Shown here piece after piece: positions 29,401-44,400 of a stretch of 64,000 nt of DNA; the stretch's first letter is position 1, and every line of letters starts with the position of its first letter. The notes beneath the pieces are model-generated. The model searched no databases. It was not told the origin of the DNA and was given only the letters and a program-made list of their open reading frames with translations. The DNA comes from Lingula anatina (lineage: Eukaryota; Animalia; Brachiopoda). Where the stretch lies: contig CM120640.1 in the NCBI GenBank assembly GCA_051362555.1, positions 30,709,967-30,773,966 on the forward strand, in the 5' to 3' direction. Both the position numbers and the translations under genes were made by a program.

Positions 29401-32400
29401 AAATTTGTACAAATGATGCTTAACAACAATAGAAATCTGTGATAAGCTGATCAGTTGTCTGTATTGAATGGAAAGTGTTTTTTAGGACAATATATTTGCG
29501 AAAACCAAAAATTACATTGAAAAGACTGGGAATTCGCAGGACTTGAAATAGTTAAACGGTAATAATTTTGTCTAATCTAGTCCAATATTTATGAAATTTG
29601 TACAAATGATGCTTAACAACAATAAAAATCTGTGATAAGCTGATCAGTTGTCTGTGTCTAATGAAAAGTGTTTTTTGGGAAAACATATTTGGGAAAACTG
29701 AAAATTACATTGAAAAGACTGGCAAATCCCAGGCCTTAAAATAGTTAAACGTTAATAATTTTGTCAAATCTTGTCCAATATTTCTGAAATTTGTACAAAT
29801 GATGCTTAACAACAATAGAAATCTGTGATAAGCTGATCAGTTGTCTGTATTGAATGGAAAGTGTTTTTTAGGACAATATTTGCGAAAACCAAAAATTACA
29901 TTGAAAAGACTGGGAATTCGCAGGACTTGAAATAGTTAAACGGTAATAATTTTGTCTAATCTAGTCCAATATTTATGAAATTTGTACAAATGATGCTTAA
30001 CAACAATAAAAATCTGTGAAAAGCTGATCAGTTGTCTGTGTCTAATGAAAAGTGTTTTTTGGGACAACATATTTGGGAAAACTGAAAATCACATTGAAAA
30101 GACTGGCAAAACCCAGGCCTTAAAATAGTTAAATGTTAATAATTTTGTCAAATCTAGTCCAATATTTCTGAAATTTGTACAAATGATGCTTAACAACAAT
30201 AAAAATCTGTGATAAGCTGATCAGTTGTCTGTATTGAATGGAAAGTGTTTTTTAGGACAATATATTTGCGAAAACCAAAAATTACATTGAAAAGACTGGG
30301 AATTCGCAGGACTTGAAATAGTTTTGGGAAAACTGAAAATTACATTAAAAAGACTGGCAAAACCCAGACCTTAAAATAGTTAAACGTTAATAATTTTGTC
30401 AAATCTGCTGGAATATTTCTGAAATTTGTACAAATGATGCATAACAATAATAAAAATCTGTGATAAGCTGATCAGTTATCTGAGTCTTTTTTTTTAAGTG
30501 TCAAGTGTATGGGAATTTGATCAACAGAAGAGTGAGGATTAACCAAAACAAATATTTCAATATTGCAATGTATTATTTACTCTGAAAGTAAACAGCAAAT
30601 GTGATGATTTGAGGTTGTTTGTGTAAGAGGTTGCAAATTACCTATAACTGTCATCTGGAAAACAATATATACGCATACAAGAGTTCTCCTTAGTACCTCT
30701 GCAAGATGCAGATTACTCCTTTCTGGAAGGGGTTGTTGTTATCACAATACTCAACAGGTAAATCTTGCCAAATATCATGTATTGTACACATGGAGAAGAC
30801 ACAGTGCTACTCTTGGTGGTATCTTTCACTAACTGCTTTTTAAGCTTTTTCATGGTGAGGGTACTCTGAAACAAGAACAATATAACTGAAAGGACTGAAA
30901 ATTACATTTGAAAAGAAAGACAAATTTGGTGACTTAATTAAAATAATTAAACGTTAATAATTTTGTCAAATCTGGTCCAATATTTCTGAAATTTGAACAA
31001 ATGATGCTTAACAACTATAAAAATCAGTGATAAGCTGATCAGCTGTCTGTGTGTAATGAAAAGTGTTTTTTGGGACAACATATTTGGGAAATCTGAATAT
31101 TATATTGAAAAGACTGGGAATTCGCAGGACTTGAAATAGTTAAACGTTAATAATTTTGTCAAATCTAGTCCAATATTTCTGAAATTTGTACAAATAATGC
31201 TTAACAACAATAAAAGTCTGTGATAAGCTGATCAGCTGTCTGTGTGTAATGAAAAGTGTTTTTTGGGACAACATATTAGGGAAAACTGAATATTACATTG
31301 AAAAGACTGGGAATTCGCAGGACTTGAAATAGTTAAACGTTAATAATTTTGTCAAATCTTGTCCTATATTTCTGAAATTTGTACAAATGATGCTTAACAA
31401 CAATAGAAATCTGTGATAAGCTGATCAGTTGTCTGTGTGTAATGAAAAGTGTTTTTTGGGACAACATATTTGGGAAAACTGAAAATTACATTGAAAAGAC
31501 TGGGAAAACCCAGGCCTTAAAATAGTTAAACGTTAATAATTTTGTCAAATTTTGTGGAATATTTCTGAAATTTGGAAAAATGATGCTTAACAAAAATAGA
31601 AATCTGTGATAAGCTGATCAGTTGTCTGTATTGAATGAAAAGTGTTTTTTAGGACAATATATTTGCGAAAACCAAAAATTACATTGAAAAGACTGGGAAT
31701 TCGCAGGACTTGAAATAGTTAAACGTTAATCATTTTGTCAAATCTAGTCCAATATTTATGAAATTTGTACAAATGATGCTTAACAACAATAAAAATCTGT
31801 GATAAGCTGATCAGTTGTCTGTGTCTAATGAAAAGTGTTTTTTGGGACAACATATTTGGGAAAACTGAAAATTACATTGAAAAGACTGGGAAAACCCAGA
31901 CCTTAAAATAGTTAAACGTTAATAATTTTGTCAAATCATGTGGAATATTTCTGAAATTTGTACAAATGATGCTTAACAACAATAAAAATCTGTGATAAGC
32001 TGATCAGTTGTCTGTATTGAATGAAAAGTGTTTTTTGGGACAACATAGTTGGGAAAACTGAAAATTACATTGAAAAGCCTGGGAATTTGCAGGACTTGAA
32101 ATAGTTAAACATTAATAATTTTGTCTAATCTAGTCCAATATTTATGAAATTTGTACAAATGATGCTTAACAACAATAAAAATCTGTGAAAAGCTGATCAA
32201 TTGTCTGTGTCTAATGAAAACTGTTTTTTTGGGACAATATAGTTGGGAAAACTGAAAATCACACCGAAAAGACTGGCAAAACCCAGGCCTTAAAATAGTT
32301 AAACGTTAATAATTTTGTCAAATCTTGTCCTATATTTCTGAAATTTGTACAAATGATGCTTAACAATAATAAAAATCTGTGATAAGCTGATCAGTTATCT

Positions 32401-35400
32401 GAGTCTTTTTCTTTAAGTGTCAAGTGTATGGGAAATTGATCATCAGAAGAGTGAGAATTAACCAAAACAAATATCTCAATATTTGGGAAAACTGAAAATT
32501 ACATTGAAAAGACTGGGAAAACCCAGACCTTAAAATAGTTAAACGTTAATAATTTTGTCAAATCATGTGGAATATTTCTGAAATTTGTACAAATGATGCT
32601 TAACAACAATAAAAATCTGTGATAAGCTGATCAGTTGTCTGTATTGAATGAAAAGTGTTTTTTGGGACAACATATTTGGGAAAACTGAAAATTACATTGA
32701 AAAGACTGGCAAAACCCAGACCTCAAAATAGTTAAACGTTAATAATTTTGTCAAATCTGGTGGAATATTTATGAAATTTGTACAAATGATGCTTAACAAT
32801 AATAAAAATCTGTGATAAGCTGATCAGTTATCTGAGTCTTTTCTTTTAAGTGTCAAGTGTATGGGAAATTGATCATCAGAAGAGTGAGAATTAACCAAAA
32901 CAAATATTTCAATATTGCAATGTATTATTTACTCTGAAAGTAAACAGCAAATGTGATGATTTGAGGTTGTTTGTGTAAGAGGTTGCAAATTACCTATAAC
33001 TGTCATCTGGAAAACAATATATACCATACAAGAGTTCTCCTTACTACCTCTGCAAGATGCAGATTAGTCCTTTCTGGAAGGGGTTGTTGTTATCACAATA
33101 CTCAACAAGGCCCTAAATCTTGCCTATATCATGTATTGTACACATGGAGAAGACACAGTGCTACTCTTGGTGGTATCTTTCACTAACTGCTTTTTAAGCT
33201 TTTTCATGGTGAGGGTACTCTGAAACAAGAACAATATAACTGAAAGGACTGAAAATTACATTTGAAAAGAAAGACAAATTTGGTGACTTAATTAAAATAA
33301 TTAAACGTTAATAATTTTGTCAAATCTTGTCCAATATTTCTGAAATTTGTACAAATGATGCTTAACAACAATAGAAATCTGTGATAAGCTGATCAGTTGT
33401 CTGTATTGAATGGAAAGTGTTTTTTAGGACAATATATTTGCGAAAACCAAAAATTACATTGAAAAGACTGGGAATTCGCAGGACTTGAAATAGTTAAACG
33501 TTAATAATTTTGTCAAATCTAGTCCAATATTTCTGAAATTTGTACAAATAATGCTTAACAACAATAAAAGTCTGTGATAAGCTGATCAGCTGTCTGTGTG
33601 TAATGAAAAGTGTTTTTTGGGACAACATATTTGGGAAAACTGAATATTACATTGAAAAGACTGGGAATTCGCAGGACTTGAAATAGTTAAACGTTAATCA
33701 TTTTGTCAAATCTAGTCCAATATTTATGAAATTTGTAGAAATGATGCTTAACAACAATAAAAATCTGTGATAAGCTGATCAGTTGTCTGTGTCTAATGAA
33801 AAGTATTTTTTGGGACAACATATTTGGGAAAACTGAAAATTACATTGAAAAGACTAGCAAAACCCAGGCCTTAAAATAGTTAAACGTTAATAATTTTGTC
33901 AAATCTTGTCCTATATTTCTGAAATTTGTACAAATGATGCTTAACAATAATAAAAATCTGTGATAAGCTGATCAGTTATCTGAGTCTTTTTCTTTAAGTG
34001 TCAAGTGTATGGGAAATTGATCATCAGAAGAGTGAGAATTAACCAAAACAAATATTTCAATATTGCAATGTATTATTTACTCTGAAAGTAAACAGCAAAT
34101 GTGATGATTTGAGGTTGTTTGTGTAAGAGGTTGCAAATTACCTATAACTGTCATCTGGAAAACAATATTTACCCATACAAGAGTTCTCCCTACTACCTCT
34201 GCAAGATGCAGATTACTTCTTTTTGGAAGGGGTTGTTGTTATCACAATACTCAACAAGTAAATCTTGCCAAAAATCATGTATTGTACACATGGAGAAGAC
34301 ACAGTGCTGCTCTTAGTGGTATCTTTAACTGCCTGCTTTTTCAGCATTTTCATGGTGAGGGTACTCTGAAACAAGAACAATATAACTGAAAGGACTGAAA
34401 ATTACATTTCAAAAGAATGACAAATTCGGTGACTTAATTAAAATAGTTAAATGTTAACAATTTTGTCAAATCTAGTCCAATATTTCTGAAATTTGTACAA
34501 ATGATGCTTAACAACAATAAAAATCTGTGAAAAGCTGATCAGTTGTCTGTATTGAATGAAAAGTGTTTTTTGGGACAACATAGTTGGGAAAACTGAAAAT
34601 TACATTGAAAAGCCTGGGAATTTGCAGGACTTGAAATAGTTAAACATTAATAATTTTGTCTAATCTAGTCCAATATTTATGAAATTTGTACAAATGATGC
34701 TTAACAACAATAAAAATCTGTGAAAAGCTGATCAATTGTCTGTGTCTAATGAAAACTGTTTTTTTGGGACAATATAGTTGGGAAAACTGAAAATCACACT
34801 GAAAAGACTGGCAAAACCCAGGCCTTAAAATAGTTAAACGTTAATAATTTTGTCAAATCTTGTCCTATATTTCTGAAATTTGTACAAATGATGCTTAACA
34901 ATAATAAAAATCTGTGATAAGCTGATCAGTTATCTGAGTCTTTTTCTTTAAGTGTCAAGTGTATGGGAAATTGATCATCAGAAGAGTGAGAATTAACCAA
35001 AACAAATATCTCAATATTGCAATGTATTATTTTCTCTGAAAGTAAACAGCAAATGTGATGATTTGAGGTTGTTTGTGTAAGAGGTTGCAAATTACCTATA
35101 ACTGTCATCTGGAAAACAATATATACCCATACAAGAGTTCTCCCTACTACCTCTGCAAGATGCAGATTACTTCTTTCTGGAAGGGGTTGTTGTTATCACA
35201 ACACTCAACAAGTAAATCTTGCCAAATATCATGTATTGTACACATGGAGAAGACACAGTGCTGCTCTTAGTGGTATCTTTAACTGCCTGCTTTTTCAGCA
35301 TTTTCATGGTGAGGGTACTCTGAAACAAGAACAATATAACTGAAAGGACTGAAAATTACATTTCAAAAGAATGACAAATTCGGTGACTTAATTAAAATAG

Positions 35401-38400
35401 TTAAACGTTAACAATTTTGTCAAATCTAGTCCAATATTTCTGAAATTTGTACAAATGATGCTTAACAACAATTAAAATCTGTGATAAGCTGATCAATTGT
35501 CTGTGATTAATGAGAGTGTTTTTTGGGACAACATAGTTGGGAAAACTGAAAATTACATTGAAAAGACTGGCAAATCCCAGGCCTTAAAATAGTTAAACGT
35601 TAATAATTTTGTCAAATCTTGTCGAATATTTCTGAAATTTGTACAAATGATGCTTAACAACAATAGAAATCTGTGATAAGCTGATCAGTTGTCTGTATTG
35701 AATGGAAAGTGTTTTTTAGGACAATATATTTGCGAAAACCAAAAATTACATTGAAAAGACTGGGAATTCGCAGGACTTGAAATAGTTAAACGGTAATAAT
35801 TTTGTCTAATCTAGTCCAATATTTATGAAATTTGTACAAATGATGCTTAACAACAATAAAAATCTGTGATAAGCTGATCAGTTGTCTGTGTCTAATGAAA
35901 AGTGTTTTTTGGGAAAACATATTTGGGAAAACTGAAAATTACATTGAAAAGACTGGCAAATCCCAGGCCTTAAAATAGTTAAACGTTAATAATTTTGTCA
36001 AATCTTGTCCAATATTTCTGAAATTTGTACAAATGATGCTTAACAACAATAGAAATCTGTGATAAGCTGATCAGTTGTCTGTATTGAATGGAAAGTGTTT
36101 TTTAGGACAATATTTGCGAAAACCAAAAATTACATTGAAAAGACTGGGAATTCGCAGGACTTGAAATAGTTAAACGGTAATAATTTTGTCTAATCTAGTC
36201 CAATATTTATGAAATTTGTACAAATGATGCTTAACAACAATAAAAATCTGTGAAAAGCTGATCAGTTGTCTGTGTCTAATGAAAAGTGTTTTTTGGGACA
36301 ACATATTTGGGAAAACTGAAAATCACATTGAAAAGACTGGCAAAACCCAGGCCTTAAAATAGTTAAATGTTAATAATTTTGTCAAATCTAGTCCAATATT
36401 TCTGAAATTTGTACAAATGATGCTTAACAACAATAAAAATCTGTGATAAGCTGATCAGTTGTCTGTATTGAATGGAAAGTGTTTTTTAGGACAATATATT
36501 TGCGAAAACCAAAAATTACATTGAAAAGACTGGGAATTCGCAGGACTTGAAATAGTTTTGGGAAAACTGAAAATTACATTAAAAAGACTGGCAAAACCCA
36601 GACCTTAAAATAGTTAAACGTTAATAATTTTGTCAAATCTGCTGGAATATTTCTGAAATTTGTACAAATGATGCATAACAATAATAAAAATCTGTGATAA
36701 GCTGATCAGTTATCTGAGTCTTTTTTTTTAAGTGTCAAGTGTATGGGAATTTGATCAACAGAAGAGTGAGGATTAACCAAAACAAATATTTCAATATTGC
36801 AATGTATTATTTACTCTGAAAGTAAACAGCAAATGTGATGATTTGAGGTTGTTTGTGTAAGAGGTTGCAAATTACCTATAACTGTCATCTGGAAAACAAT
36901 ATATACGCATACAAGAGTTCTCCTTAGTACCTCTGCAAGATGCAGATTACTCCTTTCTGGAAGGGGTTGTTGTTATCACAATACTCAACAGGTAAATCTT
37001 GCCAAATATCATGTATTGTACACATGGAGAAGACACAGTGCTGCTCTTAGTGGTATCTTTAACTGCCTGCTTTTTCAGCATTTTCATGGTGAGGGTACTC
37101 TGAAACAAGAACAATATAACTGAAAGGACTGAAAATTACATTTCAAAAGAATGACAAATTCGGTGACTTAATTAAAATAGTTAAATGTTAACAATTTTGT
37201 CAAATCTAGTCCAATATTTCTGAAATTTGTACAAATGATGCTTAACAACAATAAAAATCTGTGAAAAGCTGATCAGTTGTCTGTATTGAATGAAAAGTGT
37301 TTTTTGGGACAACATAGTTGGGAAAACTGAAAATTACATTGAAAAGCCTGGGAATTTGCAGGACTTGAAATAGTTAAACATTAATAATTTTGTCTAATCT
37401 AGTCCAATATTTATGAAATTTGTACAAATGATGCTTAACAACAATAAAAATCTGTGAAAAGCTGATCAATTGTCTGTGTCTAATGAAAACTGTTTTTTTG
37501 GGACAATATAGTTGGGAAAACTGAAAATCACACCGAAAAGACTGGCAAAACCCAGGCCTTAAAATAGTTAAACGTTAATAATTTTGTCAAATCTTGTCCT
37601 ATATTTCTGAAATTTGTACAAATGATGCTTAACAATAATAAAAATCTGTGATAAGCTGATCAGTTATCTGAGTCTTTTTCTTTAAGTGTCAAGTGTATGG
37701 GAAATTGATCATCAGAAGAGTGAGAATTAACCAAAACAAATATCTCAATATTGCAATGTATTATTTTCTCTGAAAGTAAACAGCAAATGTGATGATTTGA
37801 GGTTGTTTGTGTAAGAGGTTGCAAATTACCTATAACTGTCATCTGGAAAACAATATATACCCATACAAGAGTTCTCCCTACTACCTCTGCAAGATGCAGA
37901 TTACTTCTTTCTGGAAGGGGTTGTTGTTATCACAACACTCAACAAGTAAATCTTGCCAAATATCATGTATTGTACACATGGAGAAGACACAGTGCTGCTC
38001 TTAGTGGTATCTTTAACTGCCTGCTTTTTCAGCATTTTCATGGTGAGGGTACTCTGAAACAAGAACAATATAACTGAAAGGACTGAAAATTACATTTCAA
38101 AAGAATGACAAATTCGGTGACTTAATTAAAATAGTTAAACGTTAACAATTTTGTCAAATCTAGTCCAATATTTCTGAAATTTGTACAAATGATGCTTAAC
38201 AACAATTAAAATCTGTGATAAGCTGATCAATTGTCTGTGATTAATGAGAGTGTTTTTTGGGACAACATAGTTGGGAAAACTGAAAATTACATTGAAAAGA
38301 CTGGCAAATCCCAGGCCTTAAAATAGTTAAACGTTAATAATTTTGTCAAATCTTGTCGAATATTTCTGAAATTTGTACAAATGATGCTTAACAACAATAG

Positions 38401-41400
38401 AAATCTGTGATAAGCTGATCAGTTGTCTGTATTGAATGGAAAGTGTTTTTTAGGACAATATATTTGCGAAAACCAAAAATTACATTGAAAAGACTGGGAA
38501 TTCGCAGGACTTGAAATAGTTAAACGGTAATAATTTTGTCTAATCTAGTCCAATATTTATGAAATTTGTACAAATGATGCTTAACAACAATAAAAATCTG
38601 TGATAAGCTGATCAGTTGTCTGTGTCTAATGAAAAGTGTTTTTTGGGAAAACATATTTGGGAAAACTGAAAATTACATTGAAAAGACTGGCAAATCCCAG
38701 GCCTTAAAATAGTTAAACGTTAATAATTTTGTCAAATCTTGTCCAATATTTCTGAAATTTGTACAAATGATGCTTAACAACAATAGAAATCTGTGATAAG
38801 CTGATCAGTTGTCTGTATTGAATGGAAAGTGTTTTTTAGGACAATATTTGCGAAAACCAAAAATTACATTGAAAAGACTGGGAATTCGCAGGACTTGAAA
38901 TAGTTAAACGGTAATAATTTTGTCTAATCTAGTCCAATATTTATGAAATTTGTACAAATGATGCTTAACAACAATAAAAATCTGTGAAAAGCTGATCAGT
39001 TGTCTGTGTCTAATGAAAAGTGTTTTTTGGGACAACATATATGGGAAAACTGAAAATCACATTGAAAAGACTGGCAAAACCCAGGCCTTAAAATAGTTAA
39101 ATGTTAATAATTTTGTCAAATCTAGTCCAATATTTCTGAAATTTGTACAAATGATGCTTAACAACAATAAAAATCTGTGATAAGCTGATCAGTTGTCTGT
39201 ATTGAATGGAAAGTGTTTTTTAGGACAATATATTTGCGAAAACCAAAAATTACATTGAAAAGACTGGGAATTCGCAGGACTTGAAATAGTTTTGGGAAAA
39301 CTGAAAATTACATTGAAAAGACTGGCAAAACCCAGACCTTAAAATAGTTAAACGTTAATAATTTTGTCAAATCTGCTGGAATATTTCTGAAATTTGTACA
39401 AATGATGCATAACAATAATAAAAATCTGTGATAAGCTGATCAGTTATCTGAGTCTTTTTTTTTAAGTGTCAAGTGTATGGGAATTTGATCAACAGAAGAG
39501 TGAGGATTAACCAAAACAAATATTTCAATATTGCAATGTATTATTTACTCTGAAAGTAAACAGCAAATGTGATGATTTGAGGTTGTTTGTGTAAGAGGTT
39601 GCAAATTACCTATAACTGTCATCTGGAAAACAATATATACGCATACAAGAGTTCTCCTTAGTACCTCTGCAAGATGCAGATTACTCCTTTCTGGAAGGGG
39701 TTGTTGTTATCACAATACTCAACAGGTAAATCTTGCCAAATATCATGTATTGTACACATGGAGAAGACACAGTGCTACTCTTGGTGGTATCTTTCACTAA
39801 CTGCTTTTTAAGCTTTTTCATGGTGAGGGTACTCTGAAACAAGAACAATATAACTGAAAGGACTGAAAATTACATTTGAAAAGAAAGACAAATTTGGTGA
39901 CTTAATTAAAATAATTAAACGTTAATAATTTTGTCAAATCTGGTCCAATATTTCTGAAATTTGAACAAATGATGCTTAACAACTATAAAAATCAGTGATA
40001 AGCTGATCAGCTGTCTGTGTGTAATGAAAAGTGTTTTTTGGGACAACATATTTGGGAAATCTGAATATTATATTGAAAAGACTGGGAATTCGCAGGACTT
40101 GAAATAGTTAAACGTTAATAATTTTGTCAAATCTAGTCCAATATTTCTGAAATTTGTACAAATAATGCTTAACAACAATAAAAGTCTGTGATAAGCTGAT
40201 CAGCTGTCTGTGTGTAATGAAAAGTGTTTTTTGGGACAACATATTAGGGAAAACTGAATATTACATTGAAAAGACTGGGAATTCGCAGGACTTGAAATAG
40301 TTAAACGTTAATAATTTTGTCAAATCTTGTCCTATATTTCTGAAATTTGTACAAATGATGCTTAACAACAATAGAAATCTGTGATAAGCTGATCAGTTGT
40401 CTGTGTGTAATGAAAAGTGTTTTTTGGGACAACATATTTGGGAAAACTGAAAATTACATTGAAAAGACTGGGAAAACCCAGGCCTTAAAATAGTTAAACG
40501 TTAATAATTTTGTCAAATTTTGTGGAATATTTCTGAAATTTGGAAAAATGATGCTTAACAAAAATAGAAATCTGTGATAAGCTGATCAGTTGTCTGTATT
40601 GAATGAAAAGTGTTTTTTAGGACAATATATTTGCGAAAACCAAAAATTTCATTGAAAAGACTGGGAATTCGCAGGACTTGAAATAGTTAAACGTTAATCA
40701 TTTTGTCAAATCTAGTCCAATATTTATGAAATTTGTACAAATGATGCTTAACAACAATAAAAATCTGTGATAAGCTGATCAGTTGTCTGTGTCTAATGAA
40801 AAGTGTTTTTTGGGACAACATATTTGGGAAAACTGAAAATTACATTGAAAAGACTGGGAAAACCCAGACCTTAAAATAGTTAAACGTTAATAATTTTGTC
40901 AAATCATGTGGAATATTTCTGAAATTTGTACAAATGATGCTTAACAACAATAAAAATCTGTGATAAGCTGATCAGTTGTCTGTATTGAATGAAAAGTGTT
41001 TTTTGGGACAACATAGTTGGGAAAACTGAAAATTACATTGAAAAGCCTGGGAATTTGCAGGACTTGAAATAGTTAAACATTAATAATTTTGTCTAATCTA
41101 GTCCAATATTTATGAAATTTGTACAAATGATGCTTAACAACAATAAAAATCTGTGAAAAGCTGATCAATTGTCTGTGTCTAATGAAAACTGTTTTTTTGG
41201 GACAATATAGTTGGGAAAACTGAAAATCACACCGAAAAGACTGGCAAAACCCAGGCCTTAAAATAGTTAAACGTTAATAATTTTGTCAAATCTTGTCCTA
41301 TATTTCTGAAATTTGTACAAATGATGCTTAACAATAATAAAAATCTGTGATAAGCTGATCAGTTATCTGAGTCTTTTTCTTTAAGTGTCAAGTGTATGGG

Positions 41401-44400
41401 AAATTGATCATCAGAAGAGTGAGAATTAACCAAAACAAATATCTCAATATTTGGGAAAACTGAAAATTACATTGAAAAGACTGGGAAAACCCAGACCTTA
41501 AAATAGTTAAACGTTAATAATTTTGTCAAATCATGTGGAATATTTCTGAAATTTGTACAAATGATGCTTAACAACAATAAAAATCTGTGATAAGCTGATC
41601 AGTTGTCTGTATTGAATGAAAAGTGTTTTTTGGGACAACATATTTGGGAAAACTGAAAATTACATTGAAAAGACTGGCAAAACCCAGACCTCAAAATAGT
41701 TAAACGTTAATAATTTTGTCAAATCTGGTGGAATATTTATGAAATTTGTACAAATGATGCTTAACAATAATAAAAATCTGTGATAAGCTGATCAGTTATC
41801 TGAGTCTTTTCTTTTAAGTGTCAAGTGTATGGGAAATTGATCATCAGAAGAGTGAGAATTAACCAAAACAAATATTTCAATATTGCAATGTATTATTTAC
41901 TCTGAAAGTAAACAGCAAATGTGATGATTTGAGGTTGTTTGTGTAAGAGGTTGCAAATTACCTATAACTGTCATCTGGAAAACAATATATACCATACAAG
42001 AGTTCTCCTTACTACCTCTGCAAGATGCAGATTAGTCCTTTCTGGAAGGGGTTGTTGTTATCACAATACTCAACAAGGCCCTAAATCTTGCCTATATCAT
42101 GTATTGTACACATGGAGAAGACACAGTGCTACTCTTGGTGGTATCTTTCACTAACTGCTTTTTAAGCTTTTTCATGGTGAGGGTACTCTGAAACAAGAAC
42201 AATATAACTGAAAGGACTGAAAATTACATTTGAAAAGAAAGACAAATTTGGTGACTTAATTAAAATAATTAAACGTTAATAATTTTGTCAAATCTTGTCC
42301 AATATTTCTGAAATTTGTACAAATGATGCTTAACAACAATAGAAATCTGTGATAAGCTGATCAGTTGTCTGTATTGAATGGAAAGTGTTTTTTAGGACAA
42401 TATATTTGCGAAAACCAAAAATTACATTGAAAAGACTGGGAATTCGCAGGACTTGAAATAGTTAAACGTTAATAATTTTGTCAAATCTAGTCCAATATTT
42501 CTGAAATTTGTACAAATAATGCTTAACAACAATAAAAGTCTGTGATAAGCTGATCAGCTGTCTGTGTGTAATGAAAAGTGTTTTTTGGGACAACATATTT
42601 GGGAAAACTGAATATTACATTGAAAAGACTGGGAATTCGCAGGACTTGAAATAGTTAAACGTTAATCATTTTGTCAAATCTAGTCCAATATTTATGAAAT
42701 TTGTACAAATGATGCTTAACAACAATAAAAATCTGTGATAAGCTGATCAGTTGTCTGTGTCTAATGAAAAGTATTTTTTGGGACAACATATTTGGGAAAA
42801 CTGAAAATTACATTGAAAAGACTAGCAAAACCCAGGCCTTAAAATAGTTAAACGTTAATAATTTTGTCAAATCTTGTCCTATATTTCTGAAATTTGTACA
42901 AATGATGCTTAACAATAATAAAAATCTGTGATAAGCTGATCAGTTATCTGAGTCTTTTTCTTTAAGTGTCAAGTGTATGGGAAATTGATCATCAGAAGAG
43001 TGAGAATTAACCAAAACAAATATTTCAATATTGCAATGTATTATTTACTCTGAAAGTAAACAGCAAATGTGATGATTTGAGGTTGTTTGTGTAAGAGGTT
43101 GCAAATTACCTATAACTGTCATCTGGAAAACAATATTTACCCATACAAGAGTTCTCCCTACTACCTCTGCAAGATGCAGATTACTTCTTTTTGGAAGGGG
43201 TTGTTGTTATCACAATACTCAACAAGTAAATCTTGCCAAAAATCATGTATTGTACACATGGAGAAGACACAGTGCTGCTCTTAGTGGTATCTTTAACTGC
43301 CTGCTTTTTCAGCATTTTCATGGTGAGGGTACTCTGAAACAAGAACAATATAACTGAAAGGACTGAAAATTACATTTCAAAAGAATGACAAATTCGGTGA
43401 CTTAATTAAAATAGTTAAATGTTAACAATTTTGTCAAATCTAGTCCAATATTTCTGAAATTTGTACAAATGATGCTTAACAACAATAAAAATCTGTGAAA
43501 AGCTGATCAGTTGTCTGTATTGAATGAAAAGTGTTTTTTGGGACAACATAGTTGGGAAAACTGAAAATTACATTGAAAAGCCTGGGAATTTGCAGGACTT
43601 GAAATAGTTAAACATTAATAATTTTGTCTAATCTAGTCCAATATTTATGAAATTTGTACAAATGATGCTTAACAACAATAAAAATCTGTGAAAAGCTGAT
43701 CAATTGTCTGTGTCTAATGAAAACTGTTTTTTTGGGACAATATAGTTGGGAAAACTGAAAATCACACCGAAAAGACTGGCAAAACCCAGGCCTTAAAATA
43801 GTTAAACGTTAATAATTTTGTCAAATCTTGTCCTATATTTCTGAAATTTGTACAAATGATGCTTAACAATAATAAAAATCTGTGATAAGCTGATCAGTTA
43901 TCTGAGTCTTTTTCTTTAAGTGTCAAGTGTATGGGAAATTGATCATCAGAAGAGTGAGAATTAACCAAAACAAATATCTCAATATTGCAATGTATTATTT
44001 TCTCTGAAAGTAAACAGCAAATGTGATGATTTGAGGTTGTTTGTGTAAGAGGTTGCAAATTACCTATAACTGTCATCTGGAAAACAATATATACCCATAC
44101 AAGAGTTCTCCCTACTACCTCTGCAAGATGCAGATTACTTCTTTCTGGAAGGGGTTGTTGTTATCACAACACTCAACAAGTAAATCTTGCCAAATATCAT
44201 GTATTGTACACATGGAGAAGACACAGTGCTGCTCTTAGTGGTATCTTTAACTGCCTGCTTTTTCAGCATTTTCATGGTGAGGGTACTCTGAAACAAGAAC
44301 AATATAACTGAAAGGACTGAAAATTACATTTCAAAAGAATGACAAATTCGGTGACTTAATTAAAATAGTTAAACGTTAACAATTTTGTCAAATCTAGTCC

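Noticed and set aside
28692-44076. Repeated minus-strand 60-aa ORF MTVIGNLQPLTQ...
   Set aside because: Open only in one subclass because a single SNP removes a stop; no coding features.
645-44238. Repeated plus-strand ORFs MCKRLQITYNCHLENN...
   Set aside because: They start at TTG, frames shift freely between copies, and there is no plus-strand splice or codon signal; they are by-products of cassette repetition.
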